Source: an uncultured Alphaproteobacteria bacterium
Lineage (GTDB): Bacteria > Pseudomonadota > Alphaproteobacteria > ATCC43930 > CGMCC-115725
Reading direction: 5' to 3'
Length of the DNA stretch: 64,000 nt
NCBI GenBank assembly: GCA_963785565.1
Contig: CAWAVV010000011.1
Coordinates: 184,263 to 248,262 of the forward strand
Made by a program: the position numbers and the translations under genes. This document shows positions 8,985 through 18,781 of the stretch, one piece after another (positions within the stretch are counted from its first letter, which is position 1; each line of letters starts with the position of its first letter). The notes beneath the pieces were generated by a model that worked only from the letters and a program-made list of their open reading frames with translations, was not told where the DNA came from and did not search any database.

Positions 8985-9181
8985 CCGCCGACACCGGGCG
9001 CGCTCTTTGGCCGCGTACTTCGTGGATGCGACTACGCCGCAGACGACGCCGCCAAGCAGGAAATCCTTGTCTCGGTCTATGTGCTGACCAACGGGTTCGT
9101 CAAGGCGGCTTTCGCGGCCACGACTAAGGACGATGGCCGCAAAACGGGCGGGGCTAGAGGAGCTTGATCCGTCGGAAATAC

Positions 9182-9809
9182 TCATGCCGCCGCGTGCGGG
9201 ATAACGGTTCCAGGTGAACGATGCTTTTGGCTACGCTCCCAGAGCTTGAAGCCGAGCAATAGGCCACCAATGGCCAAGGCCACCGGGAGTCCATCGCCGA
9301 TCGGGGGAGCTGGTACGGCGTTGACAACGCCGGTGTTGAAATTGGTGTTGCCGGGGGCACAGATAGGCTGGTTCATTCCCCCGCAAGGACCGCCCGCATC
9401 TGCAACGAAAACGTTACCCAAATTATTCGGGGCGGTCAGGTCAGCAATTGTCGCATTGGCAACGGTGAAGACGAGCGGGGTGCTGATTGTATCGGACAAC
9501 CCATTGCCGCACGTGGTGCCTGTCGCATTGAATTTGAAGGCTTGAAAGTCTCCCGCCCCCGTCCTCGCGAACGTACACGGGCTGTTCAGGGCTACGTCGA
9601 AATCGACGCTCGTCCCACCTTGAGTCAGCGACAGTGCCAAAGGTTGTTCCCGGGAGACCACACCCGCCGGTACATTCGTCGCTGGTGAAATCAAAGACCG
9701 TGGGCTGAGTTGGAATTGCCAGAGCAGGTATCGCCGCCCACAGGCTGGCGGCGATCAGCGCCGCGACGCCGGCGAAGATTGGAAGGGATTTGAATTTGAA
9801 CATCCGCAT
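9182..9809 (-). pseudogene. Secreted protein with a C-terminal sorting-signal-like anchor; frameshifted between the signal peptide and the body
   Basis: The N-terminal frame reads M(R)MFKFKSLPIFAGVAALIAASLWAAIPALA…FDFTSDECTGGCG. The body is in another frame: …LSLTQGGTSVDFDVALNSPCTF…VVNAVPAPPIGDGLPVALAIGGLLLGFKLWERSQKHR. The frame change lies somewhere in about 9600-9690. Confidence 0.6.
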
Positions 9810-10035
9810 GCCACGATTGGCTACGAACGAGGCTGGTTGCGCCCGAATTTCGTTGCGGTGTGCCTCGATGAGACCGAAGATCGCGCTCAACAGCCCCGGA
9901 ATCCGGGGAATGTCGGCTAAGATGGCTCCCCAGTTGTCGTCTCGTGTCTCTCCTGGGCCTCCAGGCGTGAGGACCGGGCGCCAACGAGACCAGGCCAAAA
10001 CGATGGCGGCTACGCCTCACAGAGGAGACGGAAAC

Positions 10036-10686
10036 ATGGCGCAAAAAGGTCGCGGGATTTTCATGGTGTACGTTGATATCGACGCCCGGCACGTGCAGGA
10101 ATTCAACGAGTGGTATAACAAGGAACATCTACCGGAATTGCTGTCGGTGCCCGGCATTCTCTCAGCGGCTCGCTACGAGGCGGTCAAGGGTGGCCCGCAA
10201 TACCTGGCATGCTATGAACTGGAAAGCGTGGCGGTGATGCAGACGCCGGCGTTTAAAAACCGGCCGCGGACGCCGTGGGGACAGAAAGTCTCGCCGTCCG
10301 TGATCGGGAAGAATTTGACACGCATTGTCGGGGAACAGATTTACCCGGAGGGCATGGAAATGCCGGAGCGTGGCATGGCGCCGGTGTTGCAGATTGGCCG
10401 CATGTCCGTCCCCGCCGAGGTCGATGCGGAGTGGAACGCCTGGTACAGTGGGGAATATGTGCCAGGCTACCGCAAGGTGCCGGGAGTGATCTACGCCCGC
10501 CGCTATCGGGTTCTCGAGGGTACCAGCGGCTACAGCACGGTCTACGAATTTGCCAGTACGGCCGTGCCCGAAAGCCCGGAGTGGAAGGAGCAACAGCAAC
10601 ATTCCTCGCCCAATTCGCCGCGCATGCGGCAGGCCATGACGCATGCACCGGGTTCTGCCGGGGTGTACGTACGGGTGAACCCCTGA
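10036..10686 (+). CDS. Hypothetical protein with two tandem EthD/dimeric alpha-beta-barrel-like domains
   Basis: The start MAQKGRGIFMVYVD has GAGGAGA upstream. Both halves carry the same motif: EFNEWYNKEHLPELLSVPGILSAARYE and EWNAWYSGEYVPGYRKVPGVIYARRYR. Confidence 0.6.
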   Translation: MAQKGRGIFMVYVDIDARHVQEFNEWYNKEHLPELLSVPGILSAARYEAVKGGPQYLACYELESVAVMQTPAFKNRPRTPWGQKVSPSVIGKNLTRIVGEQIYPEGMEMPERGMAPVLQIGRMSVPAEVDAEWNAWYSGEYVPGYRKVPGVIYARRYRVLEGTSGYSTVYEFASTAVPESPEWKEQQQHSSPNSPRMRQAMTHAPGSAGVYVRVNP

Positions 10687-10726
10687 AGTCCAGGGTGCGC
10701 TAGCAGGCTGCTGAAAAACCCGAGTG

Positions 10727-10849
10727 TCATTCCGGGACGGCCTGTCAGGGCCGGGCCCGGAACCCATACACACAGGCCAAGCCATTGATTTCTCTTGTCC
10801 GTGTTCTTGGGTTCCAGGCTCGCGGGCGATGCCCGCGCCCCGGAATGAC
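10727..10849. repeat. REP/MITE-like palindromic element
   Basis: The terminal inverted repeat is GTCATTCCGGG (10727-10737) and CCCGGAATGAC (10839-10849). This class of element is common in alphaproteobacterial intergenic regions. Confidence 0.6.
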
Positions 10850-11107
10850 GAGGTTCATGCATTTTTCCTGTGCCAGCTGTCTTGGAGCCGCGTGCGCATT
10901 CGCCAGAAAGGTACGGTTTCACGCGGCGAGCAAACGGTGCGGCAAAGCGCACCCAGGGCCGTCAAGTCTCATATAGCGTGTTTCGCCGGCGAGCTGACCG
11001 CGGTGTGGGTTCCCGCCGGCCCCAAGCGCGCCCGGCAATACGCTGAACAGCGGTACGGCACATTTGCAGATCAAGCTTGAACCGTACCGCTAGCCTCCTG
11101 CCGGCTC

Positions 11108-11341
11108 TTACGACCACCAACCAACGATGTTGCTGACGCTGGAAACCGCGCTAACCGCCGTAGCCCGGATCGGATACATACCCGTTGGCAAGCTGAGCAC
11201 AACCGCGTCGCCGCCAGGCGTCGTGATCGTCAGCGATCCGCCGGCGTTGACGAACGACAACCATTGGGTCGCAGTCGGGAAGGTTCCGTTCGATGCCCCC
11301 AGCGCAAAGGCACGATTTGGTGCACTCGAAGGTGAAGCCAT
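11108..11341 (-). CDS. Small protein (77 aa), possibly related to phage/GTA spike-base proteins
   Basis: GAGGAAA lies 5 nt upstream. The pattern FVNAGGSLTITTPGGDAVVLSLPTGMYPIRATAVSAVSSVSNIVGWW resembles, from memory, the yvG.aG.l.v…G..vtf..v.aG.ilPir..rV.atgTtA..IvaL pattern. The gene lies in a locally lower-G+C patch. Confidence 0.35.
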   Translation of the reverse strand: MASPSSAPNRAFALGASNGTFPTATQWLSFVNAGGSLTITTPGGDAVVLSLPTGMYPIRATAVSAVSSVSNIVGWWS

Positions 11342-11523
11342 TCTATTTCCTCAAGCAATGACACCAGGGGTCGCCGCGTTAACGGCAGGCTCTCTCGTGT
11401 TCTGCGATATTGCCAGTATGTTCTGAGCATGGTGGCAATTTTGTAGCGACTGTATCGTCAGCATCGCCGTGTGGGGGGCGATCGGCGATACACTGGGAAC
11501 CGTCGCGACGATCACCCTTGGGC

Positions 11524-11814
11524 TCAATCGAAGGTGGTGCTTCCTTCGCGGATCATCCGGCCGACGGCCGACAAAAGATTGGCACGTTCGCCGGGGTCAT
11601 TCACCGGCAATCGTCGCCACTCCCTGCCATCCCGAAAATCTGCAAAGAGACCGGTGCGGTCCTCATGAAAATGCAGAAAGGCCCTGCCTCTGACATAAAA
11701 TATCCCGGGCCGCTTCTCGACGAGGTCGGTCCGGGCCCTGAGGTTCATCAGCAAATCGTTTAGCGCGTCCAATGCGCGTGCGCCAGCGTGTTTCATCGCC
11801 CGTTCCGCAATCAA
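11524..11814 (-). CDS. Hypothetical protein (96 aa)
   Basis: The ORF reads …LVEKRPGIFYVRGRAFLHFHEDRTGLFADFRDGREWRRLPV…. I cannot make a firm family assignment. Confidence 0.4.
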   Translation of the reverse strand: MIAERAMKHAGARALDALNDLLMNLRARTDLVEKRPGIFYVRGRAFLHFHEDRTGLFADFRDGREWRRLPVNDPGERANLLSAVGRMIREGSTTFD

Positions 11815-11886
11815 TCAGCGGCCTCGATCCGAGCGCGCCCAAACTTGTAGTGTAGCACTGATCGGCAGCGGCAAGTGAGGCCCGAG

Positions 11887-13071
11887 ATGAGTGTGGAAGG
11901 CGGCTATAGCGGCCTGCGTGTGCTGGATTTGGGTCAGGGGGTGGCCGCACCCTATTGCGCGATGCTGCTCGCAATGCACGGGGCTGAGGTCGTTAAGCTC
12001 GAACCGGTCGCTGGCGACTGGTCGCGCGGGCTCGGAACGCAATATGGCGACCACACCACGATGTCGGCGCATTACAATCGCGGCAAGCGCAGCCTTGCGC
12101 TCGACCTCAGATCCCCGGCGGCGCGGGAAATCGCGTTGGCGCTTGCAGACCGCGCCGTCATCGTTATCGAGGGGTTTCGGCCGGGTGTGGCGGATCGGCT
12201 CGGCCTCGCCTACGACGCGCTCGCCGCGCGAAATCAGCGCCTCTTATACCTGTCCGTCAGCGGCTTCGGCCCAGACGGCCTTTATGCGCAGTTGCCGTGC
12301 ACCGACTCGGTGGCGCAGGCCTTTTCCGGGCTGATGTCGGTCAATCTCGGCAACGATGGCGCGCCGCACCGGGTCGGGGCGATCATCGTCGACACGTTGA
12401 CCGGGCTCTACGCGGCGCAGGCGCTCGGCGTCGCGCTCTATGCGCGCGAGCGCAGCGGTCGCGGCCGGCGGATCGAGGTCAGTCTGACGCAATGCGCAGC
12501 GGCGATCCTTGGCCACAAGCTCGCCGAGCACATCCCCGAAGACGGGGTCCCTAGGGCATTGAACGTTCCGACCGGCGCCTATCACCCGCAGGACGGGTGG
12601 ATCCTGATCGCCCTCGTCAGGGAGCAGCAGCTCGCCCGTCTCGTAGGCGCGCTCGGCCGCCCCAATCTAGCCACCGATCCGCGCTTCGCCGATTTCGCCA
12701 TGCGCGCCCGTCACGCCGGGGCACTCAGCGAGATCATCGTTGCTACCTTCCCGACCGACACGACCGCCGGCAGGCTCGCGCGGCTGCGCGCCGCCGATAT
12801 CCTCGCCGACCGGGTCAACGGCTTTGACGACTGGCTCGCCGACCCGCACGTCGTGGCCACCGGCGGGGCGATTGCCGTCGACCAATCCGGCATGGGACGG
12901 TTCCGGACCCCGCGAACCCCAGGTATTTCGGCGGAGGCCGATGCCGGGTTGGCGCCGGCGCCTGGGATCGGCGAGCACGGGCGGGCAATCCTCGCCGAAC
13001 TCGGCATCGAGCCTGCCGCCGTCGAGCGACTTGCCGCCGAAGGCGTGCTGCGCGTGCCGGAAGCGTCATGA
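11887..13071 (+). CDS. CaiB/BaiF family (class III) CoA-transferase
   Basis: MSVEGGYSGLRVLDLGQGVAAPYCAMLLAMHGAEVVKLEP…IEGFRPGVADRLGL. The ATG at 11887 is 6 nt after GTGAGG. Confidence 0.85.
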   Translation: MSVEGGYSGLRVLDLGQGVAAPYCAMLLAMHGAEVVKLEPVAGDWSRGLGTQYGDHTTMSAHYNRGKRSLALDLRSPAAREIALALADRAVIVIEGFRPGVADRLGLAYDALAARNQRLLYLSVSGFGPDGLYAQLPCTDSVAQAFSGLMSVNLGNDGAPHRVGAIIVDTLTGLYAAQALGVALYARERSGRGRRIEVSLTQCAAAILGHKLAEHIPEDGVPRALNVPTGAYHPQDGWILIALVREQQLARLVGALGRPNLATDPRFADFAMRARHAGALSEIIVATFPTDTTAGRLARLRAADILADRVNGFDDWLADPHVVATGGAIAVDQSGMGRFRTPRTPGISAEADAGLAPAPGIGEHGRAILAELGIEPAAVERLAAEGVLRVPEAS

Positions 13072-13565
13072 GCGAGGGGTTCGATCGTCGCCGGCACCGC
13101 CTCGGCGAAAATCGCTGGTTCGAGGACCTCACGATCGGCGAGCGGTTCGCAATCCCAAGCCGCACCATGACCGAGGCGCATTTCTCTGCGTTTCAGACGG
13201 TCTCGGCTGATAATCACCCGATCCATTACGATGTCGAATATTGCCGCGAGCGCGGCCACCCGGCGCCGCTTGCACATGGCTTTCAAATTCTCTGCTTCAC
13301 CGCCGCCGGCGCCGGCGACTTTGCCCATGCCATAGGCGGCGCGCTTTTGGGCTTTATCGAGCAATCCGCGAAATTTCTGAAGCCGGTCTATGCCGGCGAC
13401 ACGCTCTACCCGGTGCTGGAGATCGCGGCGCTGACCCCGCAGCAAACCACCGGGATCGTCTCGGTCGCGGTGACCGTGCACAACCAGAAGGGCGAGCTGG
13501 TGCTGACCGGCGAGCAAAAATACCTGCTGCGCAAGCGAAACCCGGATCTCAACCCCGCTCGATGA
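13068..13565 (+). CDS. MaoC-like (hotdog) dehydratase
   Basis: An ATGA overlap links it to the CoA-transferase. [31 protein letters not shown] is a MaoC motif. Confidence 0.8.
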   Translation: MSEGFDRRRHRLGENRWFEDLTIGERFAIPSRTMTEAHFSAFQTVSADNHPIHYDVEYCRERGHPAPLAHGFQILCFTAAGAGDFAHAIGGALLGFIEQSAKFLKPVYAGDTLYPVLEIAALTPQQTTGIVSVAVTVHNQKGELVLTGEQKYLLRKRNPDLNPAR

Positions 13566-14586
13566 TTGCGGCGAGCAGATCGGCGGCGCGGCGGCATTGC
13601 TCGCGGCTCACGTCGAGATGGGTGACGGCGCGCACCGTGCGCGCGGCAAAGGCCGAAACCAGCACCCCCAGCTCCTGCGCGCGCGCCACGATTGTCGCCG
13701 CGTCAGGCGCGCTTTTTGCCATATGGAAGATCACGATATTGCTCTGCACGGTGGCGAGATCGAGTTCGACGCCGCGTAAACCATCGAGCCGTTCCGCTAG
13801 GAGTCGCGCATTCGCGTGGTCCTCGGCGAGCCGGTCGATATTGTGGTCTAGCGCCCACAGCCCGGCGGCGGCGAGAATTCCCGCCTGCCGCATGGCCCCG
13901 CCGAACATGCGCCGCGCACGGTGGGCGCGGGCGATCTCTGCCCGCCTTCCGGCAAGCACGCTGCCGACCGGGCAGCCGAGCCCCTTCGAGAGGGCCACCG
14001 AGATCAGATCGAACGGCTCCGCCAGCTCGGCCAGATCCCGGCCCGACGCCGCGGCGGCATTGAACAGCCGCGCACCGTCGAGATAGCTTGCCATCCCCAG
14101 TTCGCGCGCGGTCGCGCAAACCGGGACTGCATCCTGCTGGGGAAAAACCACCCCGCCGCCGCGATTATGGGTGTTCTCGACCGCGACCAACGTCGTCGGC
14201 GGAAAGACAACATGTCCCGGCGGCTTATAGGCGGCGCGCAGGTCGGCCGCGGTAAAGAGGCCGCCGCTGCCGACCGGAGCGAACTGCACGCCCGAATTGG
14301 CCGCGCCGGCGCCCGATTCGTGCCAGACGATATGCGCCCCGTGCCCCAGCACGACCTCGTCGCCAGGCCGGGTCAGCAGTTTGAGACCGATCTGGTTCGC
14401 CATCGTCCCGCTTGGCACGAACAGCGCTGCTTCCTTGCCGAGCAGTTCGGCAATGCGCTCCTGCAATCGGTTGACCGACGGGTCCTCGCCATACTGGTCG
14501 TCGCCGACCGGTGCGGTCGCCATCGCCCGCCGCATATCGGCAGACGGAAGGGTTACCGTATCCGAACGAAGATCGATGCGGGTCAT
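13549..14586 (-). CDS. ltaE: Low-specificity L-threonine aldolase
   Basis: [65 protein letters not shown]. Confidence 0.8.
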   Translation of the reverse strand: MTRIDLRSDTVTLPSADMRRAMATAPVGDDQYGEDPSVNRLQERIAELLGKEAALFVPSGTMANQIGLKLLTRPGDEVVLGHGAHIVWHESGAGAANSGVQFAPVGSGGLFTAADLRAAYKPPGHVVFPPTTLVAVENTHNRGGGVVFPQQDAVPVCATARELGMASYLDGARLFNAAAASGRDLAELAEPFDLISVALSKGLGCPVGSVLAGRRAEIARAHRARRMFGGAMRQAGILAAAGLWALDHNIDRLAEDHANARLLAERLDGLRGVELDLATVQSNIVIFHMAKSAPDAATIVARAQELGVLVSAFAARTVRAVTHLDVSREQCRRAADLLAAIIERG

Positions 14587-15479
14587 CGAGTACCTCCCGC
14601 CGTCAAGTCCATAAGCTCGAGTGCCGCGCGTCCGAGGAGACTATACGGATTGCCGAGGGTTTCGGGTAATTCGAAATGGTTGTAGTGCTCGCCAACCAGG
14701 AGCCGCACCTGCTTGCCGGCGGCTTCGACCGCCGCCGCGAATTCCCGGTTCTGGCGCTGAAATTCGGGGGTCTCGCAGGTGCCGTAGGCGACGATCACCG
14801 GGGCCAGCAATCGGTCGAGATGACGAATTGGACTGAGCTCGGCGACCGTCACGTCGTCGAACGCGACGTAGCGGCTGCGTGCGGAAAGCCGCACCGGCTC
14901 GAGGTCGTACATGCCGCTGATGCAGATCCCGCCTTTGATGATGTTTGCCGGCAGACCGAATTGATGCTGCCAGTCGGTTGTTAGCGCGACCGCGGCGAGA
15001 TGTCCGCCCGAGGATTGGCCGCCGACATAAAGCCGATTCGGGTCACCGCCGATGCGAGCGATGTTTTCGTAGACCCAGGCGACGGCGCGGCGGACCTGAT
15101 CGGCGAGCACCATCAAGCTGCCGCCGACATCCTGCACCCAGGCGAAGTCGGGCACGATGTAATGCGCCCCGGCGGCGAGGAACATTTCGGCCGGCACCGT
15201 GAAATCCCTCGAGCGTCCGCCGCGCCAGGCGCCGCCATGGATAAAGACAAAGACCGGCGCCGCGGTGCGCCCGGTGCGGTAGATATCGAGCCACTCGATC
15301 TCGGCCGAACCATAGGCGATGCGCTCGGGCTCGCCGATGCGCCCTCGCGCCATCCCGCTGTCGCCGATGCGGCGTTCGATCAGCTGCTCGCGATTCGGCG
15401 CATAGGCGGCCTGGTCATAGGCGGCGTCGAGTGCTGCCTGGTCGTAGTTGAGGAACACCGGCGGGCCTTTTTCGAGCAT
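14583..15479 (-). CDS. Alpha/beta hydrolase (esterase/arylformamidase-like)
   Basis: It has the HGG motif [10 protein letters not shown] and the nucleophile elbow [10 protein letters not shown]. It overlaps ltaE by 4 nt. Confidence 0.75.
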   Translation of the reverse strand: MLEKGPPVFLNYDQAALDAAYDQAAYAPNREQLIERRIGDSGMARGRIGEPERIAYGSAEIEWLDIYRTGRTAAPVFVFIHGGAWRGGRSRDFTVPAEMFLAAGAHYIVPDFAWVQDVGGSLMVLADQVRRAVAWVYENIARIGGDPNRLYVGGQSSGGHLAAVALTTDWQHQFGLPANIIKGGICISGMYDLEPVRLSARSRYVAFDDVTVAELSPIRHLDRLLAPVIVAYGTCETPEFQRQNREFAAAVEAAGKQVRLLVGEHYNHFELPETLGNPYSLLGRAALELMDLTAGGTR

Positions 15480-15538
15480 CGGTCCCCCGCTATTTGTGCT
15501 GTTCGCCGCGATCCGCTGCGGGAAGAGGAGAGTGAGAA

Positions 15539-16177
15539 ATGAAGCTCTACACCTATTACCGCTCGCAAGCGAGTTTTCGCGTGCGCATCGCGTTGAATTT
15601 AAAGGGGATCGCGCGAGAGGATATCTTCCTGCATCTTGAGCGGGGAGATCAGTTCACGGCCAAATACCGCGCACTCAATCCGCAGATGATGGTGCCGACC
15701 CTGATCGACAACGGGGTCGAGCTGTTCCAGTCGCTGGCCATTCTCGAATATCTGGACGAAAAGTACCCGCAGCCGCCATTGCTGCCGGCCGAGCCGGAGG
15801 CGCGCGCCTGGGTGCGCGGGCTAGCCCTGATCAATGTCGCCGATTCGCACCCGCTGATCGTGCCGCGGGTCCGCCACTATCTCACCGATGTGCTGAAACT
15901 CAGCGACGCGCAGCGGCTCGGATGGATCCAGCATTGGCTGGGCCTGGGCCTCGAGGCGATCGAAGCGCGGCTCGCCCGGCACTCCGAGAGCGGCGATTTC
16001 TGCCACGGCGAGCGGCCGTCGATCGCCGATATCTGCCTGGTGACCCAGGTAACCCCGGCCAAGACTTTCGACTGCCCGCTCGACTCCTATCCGCGGATAA
16101 TGCGAATTTACGACACCTGCATGGCGATACCCGCTTTTTCCGACGCTCATCCGACAAGGCAGCCCGATGCCGAATGA
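15539..16177 (+). CDS. maiA: Maleylacetoacetate isomerase (zeta-class GST)
   Basis: MKLYTYYRSQASFRVRIALNLKGI…YRALNPQMMVPTLIDNG…QSLAILEYLDEKYP. Confidence 0.85.
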   Translation: MKLYTYYRSQASFRVRIALNLKGIAREDIFLHLERGDQFTAKYRALNPQMMVPTLIDNGVELFQSLAILEYLDEKYPQPPLLPAEPEARAWVRGLALINVADSHPLIVPRVRHYLTDVLKLSDAQRLGWIQHWLGLGLEAIEARLARHSESGDFCHGERPSIADICLVTQVTPAKTFDCPLDSYPRIMRIYDTCMAIPAFSDAHPTRQPDAE

Positions 16178-16274
16178 GGCCGGCCCGCTACCGCTTGCGC
16201 GCGAAGGCTGGACACGGCATTAACGATTTGGCACAGTTGCTGCCGAAACTTTTGTTTTCACACGGCGCACTCAA

Positions 16275-16595
16275 ATGAAGTTTTGGGTCTTGACCGCCGC
16301 GACCCTCATCATCAGCGCCGCTTCGGCGGTGAGTCCCGTCGGCGCTGCATCCTGCGGCTCAAAAAGGCACGGCAATTGCCTTAAACTCCCCGCGACCGTC
16401 AATTTCAGCTCGGTTCCGGACATCTCCAAACAGATCGTCGCCGAAGAGCCGGCCGCGGTGAAGCCGAATACCCGCACGGTGGAAGCGCCGCCGATAACCA
16501 CCTACACGGGTCCGACGGCCGGGTACAGCTCGATGGCCCGGGTGCCGACGGTCGGCTACTACTGGTCGCTGGAACCTCAGGCCGATACCCATTGA
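16275..16595 (+). CDS. Hypothetical secreted protein
   Basis: The signal peptide is MKFWVLTAATLIISAASAVSPVGA. I recognise no family. Confidence 0.45.
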   Translation: MKFWVLTAATLIISAASAVSPVGAASCGSKRHGNCLKLPATVNFSSVPDISKQIVAEEPAAVKPNTRTVEAPPITTYTGPTAGYSSMARVPTVGYYWSLEPQADTH

Positions 16596-16676
16596 CCCTT
16601 ATCCGGCCGCAAGATTAGACGCCGACGCACGACTTGGGGCCCGGGATCGCGCGCCGAGACGGGCCGGAGCGCGGCG

Positions 16677-17321
16677 ATGACCATCCTGGCGATGGCGCCC
16701 TCACCTCGCCGCCCGGCCGAACGCCGGGCCGATCTCTTCATCCTGGTCTGCAGCCTGCTCCTCGGCACGGCCGGCGCGATCGCTCTTATGATCGCAGCAT
16801 TTGCTCGGCGCGACACCCGGCTCCTCATCGGCGTCGCCATCTATGCCGCGGGGCTGTTGGCGATGCTCGGGAGTTCGCTCGCCTACCACGCTGCTGCCGG
16901 ATCGCCGCGCCGTGGGCTGCTGCGCCGTTTCGACCACGCCGCGATCTTCGCGATGATCGCCGGCACCGTCACACCGTTTGCGCTCAGGCGCGGCGACGCG
17001 GTCTGGGGATCCGCCGCGACTGCGGCAGTCTGGGCTGCCGCAGCGATCGGGATCGTCATCAAGCTGCGCTTGCCGACCGACGCCAGGCAATCGGCAATCC
17101 CTTATCTGATCCTCGGCTGGGTCAGCGCTGCCGCGCTCCTGCCGTCGGTCTCGCCCGCTACCGGACTGCAGCTCGCCGCCGGCGGCGTCCTATATACAGT
17201 CGGGGTCACATTCTATCTTTGGCGTCGACTGCCGTTTCACAGCGCGATCTGGCACGCCTTTGTCCTGGCCGGGGCAGCCTGCCATTACTTAGCGATAGCA
17301 GACGGCGTCGTTAAGGCATGA
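16677..17321 (+). CDS. Hemolysin III / PAQR family membrane protein
   Basis: It is a multi-TM protein with SSLAYHAA…RRFDHAAIFAMIAGTVTPF…HAFVLAGAACHY. Confidence 0.8.
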   Translation: MTILAMAPSPRRPAERRADLFILVCSLLLGTAGAIALMIAAFARRDTRLLIGVAIYAAGLLAMLGSSLAYHAAAGSPRRGLLRRFDHAAIFAMIAGTVTPFALRRGDAVWGSAATAAVWAAAAIGIVIKLRLPTDARQSAIPYLILGWVSAAALLPSVSPATGLQLAAGGVLYTVGVTFYLWRRLPFHSAIWHAFVLAGAACHYLAIADGVVKA

Positions 17322-17350
17322 GACCGATGCTTGCAGCCGACCGCGACCGA

Positions 17351-18202
17351 TCAGTCGAACGCAAGCAGCAGCGGCGCCGCCCGCGCGCGGATTCCGTCGG
17401 GCAATGGCGCCGGCCGCCGCGCATCGAGGTCGAGCTGAACCCCGAACTGGCCGAGCCGCGCGAACTCCGCGCCACTACGCGGATCGGACATGCGATGGAG
17501 AAAGCGGATCGAAGAGCTGCCGAGATGGGCGATCCCGGTCTCGACCAGATACGGCTCCCCCAGCCTCGGCGCCTCGATGATCCGCAGGGCGAGCTCAAAA
17601 GTCGAGAAGCCGCGGCGCTGCGTTTTTATATACTCGGTGGTCATACCAATCGCCGCAGCGGTCTGCAGCAACGCATCGGTAAACCGGTGAACAAAGGCGG
17701 CGAGGGAGAAACGCCCGAACTCGTCGAGATCGGCCGGCTTGACCCGGCCGCGCGCGCTTGGAACGGCGCCGGCCATCTTCCGCGGTTCGGGGCGCGCCTC
17801 CGTCGCCGGCCCTTCCCAAGTCGCCAGCCGACGCTTGATCACATCGCGCCGTTCGGCCGTCAGCAGAGCGGGCGGCGCGTCCCACACCTCCTCGATCCAT
17901 GTCACTCGGTCGCCGTTCGCCGAATTGACGATGCGGTGCCCGAGTCGCAAGGCCTTGTCGAGCCCGATCGCAGCGCTCTCGACATGAAAGCTGTCGCCGG
18001 CCCGCAGCTCGCGAGTAAAGCGGAGGTCGAACCGGCGAGCAAAACCGCCGCTGCGTAGACCGTCGGCGACGCCGACGGTTTCGGCAATGCTCGCGGCGGC
18101 CTGGTCAATTCGATCGAAATAACAGGCAACCGTAAAATGTTCGGTGACATCGCACTCCCAAGGGGCCACGGTGCCGCGATAGGTCTCGGTCCACTCTGTC
18201 AT
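17351..18202 (-). CDS. Acyl-CoA thioesterase, tandem hotdog domains
   Basis: YRGTVAPWECDVTEHFTVACYFDRIDQAA and a second repeat are present. Total length is 283 aa. Confidence 0.7.
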   Translation of the reverse strand: MTEWTETYRGTVAPWECDVTEHFTVACYFDRIDQAAASIAETVGVADGLRSGGFARRFDLRFTRELRAGDSFHVESAAIGLDKALRLGHRIVNSANGDRVTWIEEVWDAPPALLTAERRDVIKRRLATWEGPATEARPEPRKMAGAVPSARGRVKPADLDEFGRFSLAAFVHRFTDALLQTAAAIGMTTEYIKTQRRGFSTFELALRIIEAPRLGEPYLVETGIAHLGSSSIRFLHRMSDPRSGAEFARLGQFGVQLDLDARRPAPLPDGIRARAAPLLLAFD

Positions 18203-18236
18203 TTAGGCTCCGATATTTTAGCCGTGCCGTCCGTAC

Positions 18237-18599
18237 TTACGAGATCCGCCAGTTTCCGTCGGGCAGCAGGCAGCTATTCAGCATGTAGTGCTCGGGTGAG
18301 GTCGACATCTTTCGCGTCGCCAACGTGTATCCGATGGATTCGCAAGGCCGGCCATTCGCGCTGTACTTCTTGATCAGCTTTATGCTTCCGTAATTGCCCG
18401 ATTCGGAATTGCTCCATGAAGCGGTCGTGCCGACGGCTTTGCCGTGGACCTGCTCGTCGACAACGCGGTGAATGATGGCGAGGTCGTTTTTGGTCAGCTC
18501 GATGTTCGATTCGAGACCGAGTCCCAAAAACTGCGCCTCGGCCGGCAGCCACGCAATCAGCGCGACCATCAAAACCATCACCTTCAACGAATTCGGCAT
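18237..18599 (-). CDS. Small periplasmic/outer-membrane surface-antigen-like protein
   Basis: The start is MPNSLKVMVLMVALIAWLPAEAQ (signal peptide). …SWSNSESGNYGSIKLIKKYSANGRPCESIGY resembles 17-kDa surface-antigen family proteins. Confidence 0.55.
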   Translation of the reverse strand: MPNSLKVMVLMVALIAWLPAEAQFLGLGLESNIELTKNDLAIIHRVVDEQVHGKAVGTTASWSNSESGNYGSIKLIKKYSANGRPCESIGYTLATRKMSTSPEHYMLNSCLLPDGNWRIS

Positions 18600-18781
18600 T
18601 CCTGTTCTCCACCGCGACCAAGCTGGATTTTCAGCAGAAAGCTGCCGTCGCGCGTTGATCAAGGTCAACAAAAAACCCAAAAGCCAAGACATCGACCTGC
18701 TCGAAAGGCGGCTGGCATGGCTATTTGCCGCAACCCGGATATTTATGGCGAACCTCTCGCCACCCGTAGACGGCAGGGCTG

